DNA from: Vulcanimicrobiota bacterium
Lineage (GTDB): Bacteria > Vulcanimicrobiota > Vulcanimicrobiia > Vulcanimicrobiales > Vulcanimicrobiaceae
Assembly: GCA_963702335.1 (NCBI GenBank)
Contig: CAVPCC010000016.1
Location: forward strand, 49,528-113,527
Direction of reading: 5' to 3'
Length of the DNA stretch: 64,000 nt
Every line of letters begins with the position of its first letter. Position 1 is the stretch's first letter. The notes beneath the pieces are model-generated. The model had not been told where the DNA came from. It did not search any database and saw nothing but the letters and a program-made list of their open reading frames with translations. The position numbers and the translations under genes are program-made. Shown here piece after piece: positions 50,201 through 59,922 of the stretch.

Positions 50201-51254
50201 ATCCGCGAGCTGGCAGCGCATGCATGACCCGTTGGATTCCATGCAATTCGCCTCATTAAAGCGGGTGGGACAGGTTGTATCATGGATGTCGTCGCCTGAC
50301 CGCAACAACTTGCGCGCGATGGACTATGTAGTTCCGGATATCGGTATCGCCAGTAAACTCGACACTGTTACAGACGAACGAGTACGTGCTACGCCATTGA
50401 CCTACATCGCGGCGTGCGCATGTGATGTCGAGTTTCGCGTGAATGGCGATGGCTCTATGTATGACGAATTTCAACAAGCGTTTGATGCCGACAGGACGCC
50501 TGAAGTTGCCTACAAGGCCGCGCTATTGAGAATGGTGGCTGGTCGATCCGCAGACATTTAAAAGATATTCCTGAGGCGTTACGCGCAATCGTCAAGGAAC
50601 GTGAGCGGGTGTGCGCGTCGCTCGGAAGGCCCATGCCGGCGTCGGATATGGACATTTTCGTTTCGCGCGACATCTTCCGCTGCGATTCTTTCCCTTACGT
50701 CGGAGAAGACCCGTCATCTGAACTCTTGGTCGGTTGGCCTTAACGGAATACGGCTTCCCAACCGCCGCCTCGGTGGCGCAGCACGCTGCAGAGATGGCGG
50801 AAATGAGCGAACAACAACTTGTGCAGTTAATCAACGGCTCTGATGGATTGGTGCGCATGCTCGCCTCAATCTTCTTAGGCACCGGCTTCTGTTCCAACAA
50901 TCCGCGGCTATTGTCTGTCTGCGCACATTACTGGATCAATGTCGCTGAAGGGCCGACGCGTCGCTCGATCCGGCGAGAATGGTCGGCGAAACGCTTGGCG
51001 CATCAATTGCGCCGATAGTGCGCGAACGCTTTGCATTTAGCAACCCGCAGCAGGCTGTTCCTATTATCGAAAAGGTACTAAACGCGATGGAAACGCCGTG
51101 GCGGTACCTTCGCAGTTGCTCGAAGCACTTCTCGGAGCGGTTACTGGCAGGATGTGACGGCCGTTATCCGCAGCATACTAGAGAAAGTATCCGCAAACGA
51201 GCAGAAGTGGTATTTCGATCGGTAGATCTTTTAATCGAACGAAACCTACATTAA
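47249..51254 (+). CDS. Avs/NLR-like STAND locus: DUF4297 (Cap4-type) nuclease-like N-domain + P-loop NTPase + TPR-like repeats (~1330 aa if one protein; many frame breaks, possibly more than one gene)
   Basis: Joined plus-strand ORFs 47249..47515 (DPLRGYEYQLYRSVLDWLSL...LFLERGEDLL), 47436.., 47766..48320 (Walker A ISGSVGTG at 48177-48200), then SVVVDDINFDED (Walker B), FGGHPRLVIAHIAAL, 48744..49403, 49400..50227 (TPR-like AHALFRAAHYDRALDLWQ, AAALGRYKDAKHWLLWA), 50196..50561 and on to 51254. Confidence 0.65.
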
Positions 51255-52397
51255 AATGAGCATGCCGTACGCGGACGCCGTGGGCGAGCTGATCGCCGGA
51301 GAATCCGGCTCCAATGGCGCGATGGTGAGCGTCCCAAACTTTGATAAGGGCCATATATTATGGTGAAACGTATAAAGAACCGCAAGGCGCGGTCCAAGCA
51401 AGCTTGGCCTGCGTAATCGAGTTGGCGTGGTTTGTACGCAACCGATACGCGCTGGCCTTGATATTGGGCTTTTGAAACTTCTTCAAGAATGTGAAAGCGC
51501 GTTCTACGCCTTACGCGAAAAGGCTACTACGTTCCAAGTCGCAGAAGCGCCGGCGCGTGCTGCAGTGCAGCAGTACTTGACCTATCTCAGTATGCTGGTT
51601 GACATCGCGCTTTGGGCGATCGTGGCTCTCGCGCTGCACGACAACGCACGCGCGGCGTTTATATCTACAACGCCTTATGTTGGAATACGCCGGCGAAGCC
51701 GACTATTACGATACTCACGCTGATTATGCGCTGTGGGCTACGACCATTGGTGAACGGGAAGATTATTTCAGGCGCATGCGGGACATCGGTGTGGATCCCA
51801 CTTCCTGGATAACTTAACAGCCGAAATCGAAGTCGCAAAGTCACAATATCCCGAACCCGCCAAACGGTCTCAGTCGGAGAAGAAGTGACTTTCGGGGATT
51901 ACCTTCACCGATATGTGTATGGGGGCTGGCGGCGAGCGCTTGACGTGGTTTTACAAGCGACCGAGCATTTATATTCATGGCGATCCGGTTGGAATGCGTG
52001 AAATGTTTGTGTCATCAGGCTCTGCCACTGGGGGCAAGATTGACTTTACCGACGAGGAAGTTAATGCGCACCTCGTTGATACCGGAGGAAATTTCTTAAC
52101 GTTCTGCCGCGCATATCGAGCGGAACTTTGCGGAAACGCAGACCCCTGTGCTTGACAATCTATTTGACGGCCTTCAAAATCGGCTCGTGCGTTTCGCGCG
52201 GAGATATGGTGATCGCGACCCTGATCTGCTCGATGAACTTATTCACCAAACTTCGGACGATTGATGCGTCATCCGTGGATCAGCGCTTCAGACAGCCAGA
52301 TTTGCAGCGCGACGGTGCAGGCACACATCGAGGAAAGTGCGGCTCAGTTTGCCGAGGTTCGATACCGTGTGCATACAAACAACGTCTGGGACGACTG

Positions 52398-52715
52398 CTA
52401 CACGTGCGGCTTGCCGTCAACAGCATAACACTTCTGATGCACAATTATTGACGGCGAAAGTTGAGCCAATTCACGATTTTGTTGGTGATCGGATGAATTG
52501 AAGCAGCCTCTATACGATAGTACAGCGGCGGCTCGATTTGGCCGCCGACCACGGAACGAACTAACGCCACAGTGTCGGCGGAGTTGATCTGCCAGATTCA
52601 CAGCATTATTTCCGCGCGCCCAGCCGTATTGTACCGGCGGATTGATAGCAATCACGTCGACATCAGAGTACTGAGTGTGTACGAGGTCATCAATTGCATC
52701 GATGAGTGACTCCAT
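52398..52715 (-). CDS. small unassigned protein at the island's right end (~92 aa after one frame correction)
   Basis: MESLIDAIDDLVHTQYSDVDVIAINPPVQYGWARGNNAVNLA then, one frame over, QINSADTVALVRSVVGGQIEPPLYYRIEAASIHPITNKIVNWLNFRRQ. Composition is protein-like, but I recognise no family. Confidence 0.3.
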   Translation of the reverse strand: MESLIDAIDDLVHTQYSDVDVIAINPPVQYGWARGNNAVNLADQLRRHCGVSSFRGRRPNRAAAVLSYRGCFNSSDHQQNRELAQLSPSIIVHQKCYAVDGKPHV

Positions 52716-52859
52716 AATGCATTAATGTTCTCCATATGCCTGGCCGTCACTCCCGACTGTCGGATTGTAGATTAAGCAGCATGAGCACCGTCGACACGCC
52801 GATTCTATCTAGGCGCGTCAGCGAAGATAGACGCGGGCACCTGATGAAATGTGTGCAAC

Positions 52860-52886
52860 AATGATATGGTTTGTATTTTATATAAT
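52860..52886. repeat. right terminal imperfect inverted repeat of the island
   Basis: See the left repeat. It lies 7 bp inside the right junction. Confidence 0.4.
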
Positions 52887-52893
52887 TAGCGAT

Positions 52894-53400
52894 AAGACAC
52901 TGATTGGCGACCACACCGTCGATTTTGCGGCCTGCGTCCTCGGGATGCTCCCGTGCGTGCAGTTTGATGCCGTCCGCAATGGCCTGCGCCATCTGCGGCA
53001 TTGCCATGATCTGCTTTGCGCTGTCCGCTTCCAGTCCGCCGCCATCGCCCGCGCCGTGGTCGACCAGATCGATCCACGTCTCTTTTGCGCCCGCCTTCTG
53101 CGCGTTGTCCAGCGTGCGTGCAACGAACTGCGCTAGGTTCTGTTCCGAGGCCATGTCGTGCGGCGCATCGATCGAGGCCTGCCCGATGTGCCCGTCGGCA
53201 AGCGTAAACGAGTCCGTGCGCAGTTTCTTGCCGCCCAAAGACGTCGTGTCTTGGACCGTGTATTCGATTCGCGAATCGGCGGCGCTGGTCTTCAACGCCT
53301 GACCGAGCGTTACGCCCTGGGATTCGTCCAAATTGTTATCGCCATCGCGATAAATCCCGAACTCCAACGTCCGGGTTTTTGCCGGGCTCAATGCCTGCAT
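52894..53400 (-). pseudogene. N-terminal half of the clostripain-like (peptidase C11) gene split by the island
   Basis: From the ATG at 53400: MQALSPAKTRTLEFGIYRDGDNNLDES...ETWIDLVDHGAGDGGG (His motif)...KIDGVVANQCL. Homology ends at 52894. The ORF then reads through island DNA (IANYIKYKPYHCC...). Confidence 0.7.
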
Positions 53401-53483
53401 GAAGTCTCCTTTGCAAAGTAGGTTGCAAGAGACTATCGCGACGAAACGGCACGGCAGCAAGGCCTGCGAGGTGACATTGTGGT

Positions 53484-54062
53484 CTACATGGCGATCGAGC
53501 GGTTCAACGGCAATGCATATGTTGTGGGCGAGCGTTTCAAACAGCAGGGCCGGATGCTGGGATTGGCGTAACGAGCGCATTCTCGAAGTAGATAAGAGAG
53601 AAACGCGCGCACTACTGCGTCGTGAATGAACCCGCTAGCGCGGGCGTACAGACTATACAGCGAGTCATTCAGAAAGACATAGTACGTTCCGTGCGGGAAC
53701 GTTGCACCCACCGTGGCGCTCTCGTAATCGGGATTGCTGATGGTCACGGTCGCCGAAGGCGATGGTACTTGCGAGGACGAGATCTGCTGGAAGGCCGCCG
53801 CACCTCCCGAGACGGGATGGCTTGCGTTTTGATCCGTGGCGACCAAAACCTCAAACGAGCTCGGGAAAAGTTGGCTGGTCGCAAAGACGATCTGCCCAGG
53901 CGAATCGGGCACGTTGCTTGCGCCGGGAGCGGGGTAGATGAGCTGCGAGAGCCCGCTAAAGAGGCACGCTGAGGTGCTCGGAACCGAAGCGCCGCCGCCG
54001 CACGCCGTCAGCGCGCAGAGAGCCGCAAGACCAATTGCAAAGCGCAGGGCCGTGGTATTCAA
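53484..54062 (-). CDS. lipoprotein, unknown function
   Basis: TTG at 54062: NTTALRFAIGLAALCALTACGGG (lipobox LTAC). The rest is Ser/Pro-rich and predicted extracytoplasmic. Confidence 0.5.
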   Translation of the reverse strand: MNTTALRFAIGLAALCALTACGGGASVPSTSACLFSGLSQLIYPAPGASNVPDSPGQIVFATSQLFPSSFEVLVATDQNASHPVSGGAAAFQQISSSQVPSPSATVTISNPDYESATVGATFPHGTYYVFLNDSLYSLYARASGFIHDAVVRAFLSYLLRECARYANPSIRPCCLKRSPTTYALPLNRSIAM

Positions 54063-54063
54063 C

Positions 54064-54240
54064 TCAGCGCTTAAAGCGGCCCTCGACGTTTTGCACGCCG
54101 TTCTCAACGGCGTTTTCGGTGCGGCGGACCGCGTCCATGATCCAGCGGATAATCGCAATGATGCCGACGAGCGCCAGGAGGAAGATAATTAGAAACGCCC
54201 AGGCGGCAAAGTGAACCAAATGCAGTAGTGCTTGTTCCAT
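54064..54240 (-). CDS. 58-aa single-TM membrane protein (below the ORF-track size cutoff)
   Basis: Own translation: MEQALLHLVHFAAWAFLIIFLLALVGIIAIIRWIMDAVRRTENAVENGVQNVEGRFKR. The stop lies 1 nt before the lipoprotein start. Confidence 0.45.
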   Translation of the reverse strand: MEQALLHLVHFAAWAFLIIFLLALVGIIAIIRWIMDAVRRTENAVENGVQNVEGRFKR

Positions 54241-54262
54241 GCTCTCCCCTACAAAGAGTGCG

Positions 54263-54967
54263 TTATTGCGGCGAGATGCTAATGCTGCCGCTGACGGTGG
54301 AGAGGTTCATCGCAGCCGAGCCGCTTCCTAGCCTAGCGCTGGAATCTGCCCCGACATAACCGTGATGCACCGTGCCGTCCATGAACTGCGTGATGGAGCC
54401 GCTGATCGTCTTTGCCGTCACCTGCACGTCGCTGTTCTTGGCGATGCTCACGCCGATCTTTCCGCTCACGGCGGTGATCCGGATGGTTCGCGGTCCGCTC
54501 ACGCGGCCGAGTGAGGCCCGCACGTCGCCGCTGACCTCGCTGGCTTGAACGTCGCCCGCCGCGCCGGTGATAGAAAGCGCGCCGCTCACATTGGTAACGT
54601 CCAGGGCCAACCGCGCGGGTACGCGCAGATGGTACTCGACCGACGCGCCGCCGCGATTGCCGAACCAGCTGCCGCCGCTTTGATCGTAGTCGGTCTTCAC
54701 CGACAGCTCGTTGCCGCTGGTCGAGATGTCGACGTGCGTACGCGCTAGGTCGGCGCTCGTAGAGCCGGATTTCGTGGCATCCACGGTGATAGTATCTCCC
54801 GTCCCCGCGGTGACGGTGATAGAACCGGAAACATTCTCGATGCGTACGCGCTGCAGCGCGCCGGCTGCCACCGTACGGTGGATCTGCTCGTGCACGTTTT
54901 GGCTTGAGGACGTGCTGAAGGTGCAGCCGCAAAGCGGCAGCGCAAGCGCCAAGGCAAGGTACTTCAT
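54263..54967 (-). CDS. DUF4097-like beta-repeat lipoprotein (putative adhesin fold)
   Basis: ORF track, 234 aa. Lipobox LPLCGC and repeated VSGSITV / VSGALSI / VSGDVRA / VSGKIGV strands. Confidence 0.7.
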   Translation of the reverse strand: MKYLALALALPLCGCTFSTSSSQNVHEQIHRTVAAGALQRVRIENVSGSITVTAGTGDTITVDATKSGSTSADLARTHVDISTSGNELSVKTDYDQSGGSWFGNRGGASVEYHLRVPARLALDVTNVSGALSITGAAGDVQASEVSGDVRASLGRVSGPRTIRITAVSGKIGVSIAKNSDVQVTAKTISGSITQFMDGTVHHGYVGADSSARLGSGSAAMNLSTVSGSISISPQ

Positions 54968-55000
54968 GCCCTCACCTACAGCGGCTGCGGCCGCCGTGTT

Positions 55001-55864
55001 TCACTTCGGGCACTCTTTGAGGACCGTGCGCCCATCGGAGGTGGTGTGCTGCATGACGTACTGCACCAGTGAGGGTTCGTCTGCGCGCTGGTCGTAAGGT
55101 GGGAACTGGAAAAGCGCGTCGACATCCTTCTCTTCGAACGGATCCTCTGCCAGGCTCGAATAGTTGAATGGGTAATCGAGGATCTGGGTTTGATCGGTCC
55201 CATCCGGAAACGAGACATGGATCTCGACGTGTTCTTGAACCCGTCCGCTCCCACGATCGACGCTGGCTTGAGTCGTTGGAATGAAATCGACGAACCCGCA
55301 CGGCTCGTGCGCCGCCGGCGGGCCGCCGGTCCCGTTGCCGTTGCCGCCAAGACCGGTGCCGTTGCCGCCCGGGCCGATGCCGCCGGTGTTCGCGACGGCT
55401 TTGCGGCTCACGCCCGAGCCGTGGCCGCCGACCGGCACGTGAATCGTTGCGGGCTTGCTGTGATAGCGCGTGTGCACCAGCGGGCGGGCCGAGGCGATGC
55501 GCTTAACGTGGCTTTTCTGTGAAGCCGCCCCGGGGTCGACAATCGGCGTCGGCGTGTGCGTTTCGGCGATCACCTTCGTTGTTACAACGGGCTGCGGTGT
55601 AGGCGTCGGACGGGGAGTGGGCCGGGGCGTGGGGGTGGGCCGGTGTTCGATGCGGATCAGCTTAGCGATCGTGATGGTCTCGACGGGCGCCTCGCGCATG
55701 GTCGCGGTATGGAACGGGACGAGCGCGGCGGCGATCTCGTGGAAAGCCAAAGCGCCGGCAAGCGCCAGAACCAATCGGCGGCGGCTATCGTCGTCAAAGA
55801 ACGATGAGAGCCAGCCGCTCAAGGCGCCCGGCTCAGACCGTTTCAAATGTCGGGCTTCACTCAC
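55001..55864 (-). CDS. membrane-anchored protein with a Pro/Thr-rich linker (TonB-like topology, C-domain unassigned)
   Basis: ORF track, 287 aa. TM LVLALAGALAFHEIAAALV, then RPTPTPRPTPRPTPTPQP. Confidence 0.45.
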   Translation of the reverse strand: MSEARHLKRSEPGALSGWLSSFFDDDSRRRLVLALAGALAFHEIAAALVPFHTATMREAPVETITIAKLIRIEHRPTPTPRPTPRPTPTPQPVVTTKVIAETHTPTPIVDPGAASQKSHVKRIASARPLVHTRYHSKPATIHVPVGGHGSGVSRKAVANTGGIGPGGNGTGLGGNGNGTGGPPAAHEPCGFVDFIPTTQASVDRGSGRVQEHVEIHVSFPDGTDQTQILDYPFNYSSLAEDPFEEKDVDALFQFPPYDQRADEPSLVQYVMQHTTSDGRTVLKECPK

Positions 55865-55938
55865 GTCACTGAATCTTTCCCACGGATCAACGGAAAGGCC
55901 GCATGGTAAGTTGCAGAGCGCGGGGAACCAGAGGGCCC

Positions 55939-56452
55939 GTGGACGTTCAAAGTTATATCCGGGCCATCCCGGATTTTCCCATTCCCGGCATCCTTTTTCG
56001 TGACATTACCCCGCTGCTCAAAGACAAGCAAGGGTTCAAAGGCGCCGTCGATCTCTTCGTGGAGGCATACCGCGGAAAGGATATCGACTATGTGGTCGGC
56101 ATCGAGGCGCGCGGCTACATGCTCGGTGCGCCGCTCGCTTACGCCATCGGCGCGGGTTTCGTGCCGGTCCGCAAACCGGGCAAGCTGCCGTACGAGAAGC
56201 TCACCGAGTCGTATGCCTTGGAGTACGGCACGAACTCGCTGGAGATCCACTCCGACGCCCTGGGCCACGGCGATCGCGTGCTGGTGGTGGACGACCTGCT
56301 GGCCACCGGAGGCACTGCTGCCGCTACCCGGCGCTTGCTGGAGCGCCTTGGGGCGAACGTTGCGGGCTTCGCGTTTCTCATCGAGACTCGACGCGCTGCA
56401 CGGGCGCGACGCTTTGAGCGGAATCGACGTTACTACGTTCATTAGATACTAA
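55939..56452 (+). CDS. apt: adenine phosphoribosyltransferase (frame shift ~56385)
   Basis: GTG at 55939: IRAIPDFPIPGILFRDITPLL, YVVGIEARGYMLGAPLA, VLVVDDLLATGGTAAA (PRPP motif), AGFAFLIE | LDALHGRDALSGIDVTTFIRY in the next frame. Confidence 0.88.
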
Positions 56453-56480
56453 AGATACTAACCACGCCCGAAGGAACTTC

Positions 56481-56930
56481 ATGCGCGTTAACCGGCTCTT
56501 TGTAGCGTTCACCTTGGTTTGCGGCCTTTCGCTTGCAACGGCGGCCGCCGGCGGCGCGCAGTCCACCGATCCGGGCACCGCGCCGGCCCCCACGATCACC
56601 AATCCGCCGATTCCTTCGCCAAAGCCCACAGCCGAAGACCCCCACGTCCGCAAACTTGCCGTGCAGCAATTCCTGGCCTGGCAGACGGCGACCGTGGATC
56701 GGGACTTGTACTCCGATACCGTGAACGGCGAGCTCTCGGATGACCTGATGGACCGCGCGACCAAGACGCTGGCCAATCTGGGGGCGCTTCAATCGGCCGT
56801 CTTCCAGGGCATCAGCACGACCAAAGGTACCAGCCTGTACGTCTACCAGATGACCTGCGCGAACGGTGTCATCCAAATGGATTTTGCGCTGGACCCCTCG
56901 GGCAAGATCGCGCTCATCTTCTTCCAGTAA
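56481..56930 (+). CDS. secreted protein, unknown function
   Basis: ORF track, 149 aa. Signal peptide, Pro-rich linker and a small globular C-domain. Confidence 0.45.
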   Translation: MRVNRLFVAFTLVCGLSLATAAAGGAQSTDPGTAPAPTITNPPIPSPKPTAEDPHVRKLAVQQFLAWQTATVDRDLYSDTVNGELSDDLMDRATKTLANLGALQSAVFQGISTTKGTSLYVYQMTCANGVIQMDFALDPSGKIALIFFQ

Positions 56931-56982
56931 CACGGCCCCTTTTGCAATCAGTGGGGCGTCTGTGGCACTATAGAGCGAACAC

Positions 56983-59162
56983 ATGACGGTCGCAGAGCTC
57001 GTTCAAAAGGTTCAAACCTACGACCCGTCCCTGGACGGGTCGTGGCTTATGCGCGTTTACGAGGTGGCCGACCAGGCACACGAGGGCCAGCGGCGCGCTT
57101 CGGGCGAGTCCTATATCGAGCATCCGCTGGCCGTGGCCGGCATCTTGGCGGATTTAGAGATGGACCGCCAGACGATAGCCGCGGCCATCCTGCACGATGT
57201 CGTCGAAGATACCAGCATTACGGCCGAGCAAGTATCGGCGCAGTTCGGCGAAGAGATCGGCGCGCTGGTTGAAGGCGTGACCAAACTCACGCGTATTCCG
57301 TATCAATCGAAAGAAGAAGCGCAGGTCGAGAATCTGCGCAAGATGTTCATGGCAATGGCCAAGGACATTCGCGTCATCATTATCAAGCTTGCCGACCGTC
57401 TGCACAACATGCGCACGTTGGCCAGTTTGCCCCCCGCAAAACAGACTGGGCATTGCCCGCGAAACGCTGGACATCTATACGCCGATCGCGCACCGGCTGG
57501 GCATCTGGAAGATCAAGTGGGAGATGGAAGATCTTTGTCTTCGCTACATCGACCCCGACGGCTATCGCGAGATCGTGGAACGCGTTGCCAAGACGCGCAA
57601 AGATCGCGAGAGCACGGTTGCTACCGTCGTAAAGACGCTGAACGACGAATTCAAGACGCTGGCCATCCAGGCCGAGATTCAAGGCCGCCCCAAACACTTC
57701 TATTCGATCTACACGAAGATGAAGAAGGGCCGCGATTTCTCGACCATTTACGACCTCTCGGCAATCCGCATCATCGTGGAATCGGTCAAAGATTGTTACG
57801 CGGCGCTGGGAACCGTGCACGCGTTTTGGACACCGCTGCCCGGGCGCTTCAAAGACTACATCGCGATGCCCAAGCCCAACATGTACCAGTCGTTGCACAC
57901 AACCGTCGTCGGGCCCGAGGGCGATCCGCTCGAGATTCAGATCCGCACCTGGGAGATGCACCGCACCAGCGAATACGGCATCGCAGCGCATTGGCGCTAC
58001 AAAGAGGGCGGCAAGGCCGATCAGTTCGAGAACAAACTCTCCTGGCTGCGCGCGCTGCTTGAATGGCAAAAGGACATGCGCGACTCGCGCGTGTTCATGG
58101 AGAACCTCAAACTCGACCTCTTCGACTCGCAGGTCTTTGTCTTCTCGCCGCGCGGCGACGTTTTCAGCATGCCCGCCGGCGGAACGCCGTTGGACTTCGC
58201 GTATGCCGTTCATACGGGCGTTGGCAACCACTGCGTGGGCGCGCGCGTCAACGGACGCATCGTTCCGCTCGACTACGCCATGCAGAACGGCGACATCTGC
58301 GAGATCTTAGTCAACAAGAATAGCGGGCGGCCTTCACTGGACTGGATTGCGATTGCCAAGACCAGCAGCGCGAAGCACAAGATCAAGCAGTGGTTCCGCA
58401 AGGAGCGCCGTGAAGAGAACGTGCTTGCGGGGCAAGAGGCCGTAGAACGCGAGCTCGCGCGCCAGCACATCAGGCTTCTCGACCCTCAGCGGCGAGATTA
58501 TCGAGCGCATCGCCAACCGGATGAACTACGGCACGCCTGCCGATCTGTTCGCCGCCGTGGGCTTCGGCGATGCCTCGGCACAGAATATCGCCAACCGCAT
58601 CAAGGACGAGCTCAAAGCGAGCAACGTGGTGGACTTCGCGCCGATCTCGCGTCCGCAGTCGGTTTCGCGCCGCGTCGTGCGCAAGACCAGCGGCATCCGC
58701 ATCGCCGGCGTGGACGACGTGCTCGTGCGGCTCTCCAAATGCTGCAGTCCGGTGCCGGGCGACCCAATCATCGGCTACGTGACCATCGGCAAGGGCGTTT
58801 CCGTGCATCGCGCGGATTGTCCGAACGTTGCGTACATGACGGCGACGCCGGAGCGGATGCTTGAGGCAACCTGGATCGGCAAGACCGATTTCACGCACGC
58901 GGTCGACATCGAAGTGGAAGCCATCGACCGGCCGGCGCTGCTGCAAGACGTTATGGCGGTGTTCGCCGAGCTCAAGACCGCCGTCAGCTCGGTGACGGCG
59001 CGCGTGAAACGCGACCGGCACGCGCTGGTTAGTCTGACCGTGCAAATTCAAGACTTGGAGCATCTCCACCGCATCTTGCGCAAGCTCGAAACGCTCAAGG
59101 ATGTGCGGCGCGTCTACCGCGTCACCAAACGCGAAGCCAAGAGGCTCGTGATGCGCCTCTGA
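56983..59162 (+). CDS. rel: bifunctional (p)ppGpp synthetase/hydrolase RelA/SpoT (frame shifts at C-run ~57430-57435 and ~58470)
   Basis: Frame 1: HD domain ([13 protein letters not shown]...[11 protein letters not shown]...[12 protein letters not shown]). Frame 2: synthetase, TGS and beyond ([42 protein letters not shown]...). Frame 3: ACT end ([29 protein letters not shown]...). Confidence 0.92.
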
Positions 59163-59236
59163 CTCACTATGCACTACTGATTGCGGCGGCGTTTATCGGC
59201 GGTGCGATCAATAGCGTCGCCGGCGGCGGCAGTTTC

Positions 59237-59896
59237 TTGACGTTTCCATCGCTGCTCTTCTTGGGCGTTCCCGCCATTTCGGCCAATGCTACGAACAACA
59301 CGGCCATGTGGCTGGGCGGGCTCGCAAGCGCGCGTGGCTACCGCGAGGAGATTCGCACGTACCGTTCGGTTGTCGTGCCCGCGCTTGTCGTGAGCGTGCT
59401 GGGCTCTACCGGCGGTGCGCTGCTTCTGCTCCATACTCCGCAGCGCACGTTCGAGCGGCTCATTCCATGGCTGCTGCTCTTTGCAACCGTCGTGTTTGCA
59501 CTCAGCCCGCTGCTGGCGCGCAGCCGCGAGCGGCGACCTGCGCTGCACTCTCCGCTGCAGCTCATCGTGCAGTTTGTGATTTCGATCTACGGCGGCTACT
59601 TCGGAGCAGGCATGGGCATTTTGATGCTTGCGGTTCTTTCGTTTTCGGGACTTCCAAACATGAATGCCATGAACGGTGTCAAGAATCTGCTGGCCATCGC
59701 CGTCAACGGCGTGGCCGTGATCCCGTTTTTCATCGCCGGCGTAATCAATTGGCCCATCGCTTTGCTGATGGCCGTGTTCGCGATGCTCGGCGGCTACTTG
59801 GGAGCGCGCTTCTTCCGGAAACTTCCGTCGATTTACTCACGCTCGCTCGTTCTAACCATCGCCGCCTGCATGACGGCTTACTTCTTTTTCAAATAA
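59237..59896 (+). CDS. TauE/SafE-family anion exporter (true start probably ~59165-59170)
   Basis: ORF track. The conserved N-terminal helix HYALLIAAAFIGGAINSVAGGGSFLTFP is in frame upstream of the TTG at 59237 but has no canonical start. The ATG at 59169 is one frame off. Confidence 0.8.
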   Translation: MTFPSLLFLGVPAISANATNNTAMWLGGLASARGYREEIRTYRSVVVPALVVSVLGSTGGALLLLHTPQRTFERLIPWLLLFATVVFALSPLLARSRERRPALHSPLQLIVQFVISIYGGYFGAGMGILMLAVLSFSGLPNMNAMNGVKNLLAIAVNGVAVIPFFIAGVINWPIALLMAVFAMLGGYLGARFFRKLPSIYSRSLVLTIAACMTAYFFFK

Positions 59897-59922
59897 CGGC
59901 TTGCTACGTTGTAGAACGTAGA

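Larger units (their letters stand above)
26873..52893. mobile_element. ~26.0-kb integrated island / Tn554-like recombinase-trio element with defence cargo
   Basis: It lies exactly between the two halves of one peptidase gene. GC is visibly lower than in the flanks. Three tyrosine recombinases plus a TnpC-like gene sit at the left end. The termini carry imperfect inverted repeats. Only the dinucleotide AT is shared at the two junctions. Confidence 0.8.

Noticed and set aside
55589-55642. Repetitive CCGACGCC-like DNA that might be a tandem repeat or array.
   Set aside because: It is simply the coding sequence of a Pro/Thr-rich linker (RPTPTPRPTPRPTPTPQP) inside ORF 55001..55864. It has no spacer-repeat organisation.
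56983-59162. Calling rel, metF, apt, secD and thyA true pseudogenes.
   Set aside because: The conserved sequence continues immediately in the neighbouring frame, with no additional stops or decay. Several breaks are at homopolymers. Simultaneous loss of these functions is implausible, so sequence error is the better explanation.
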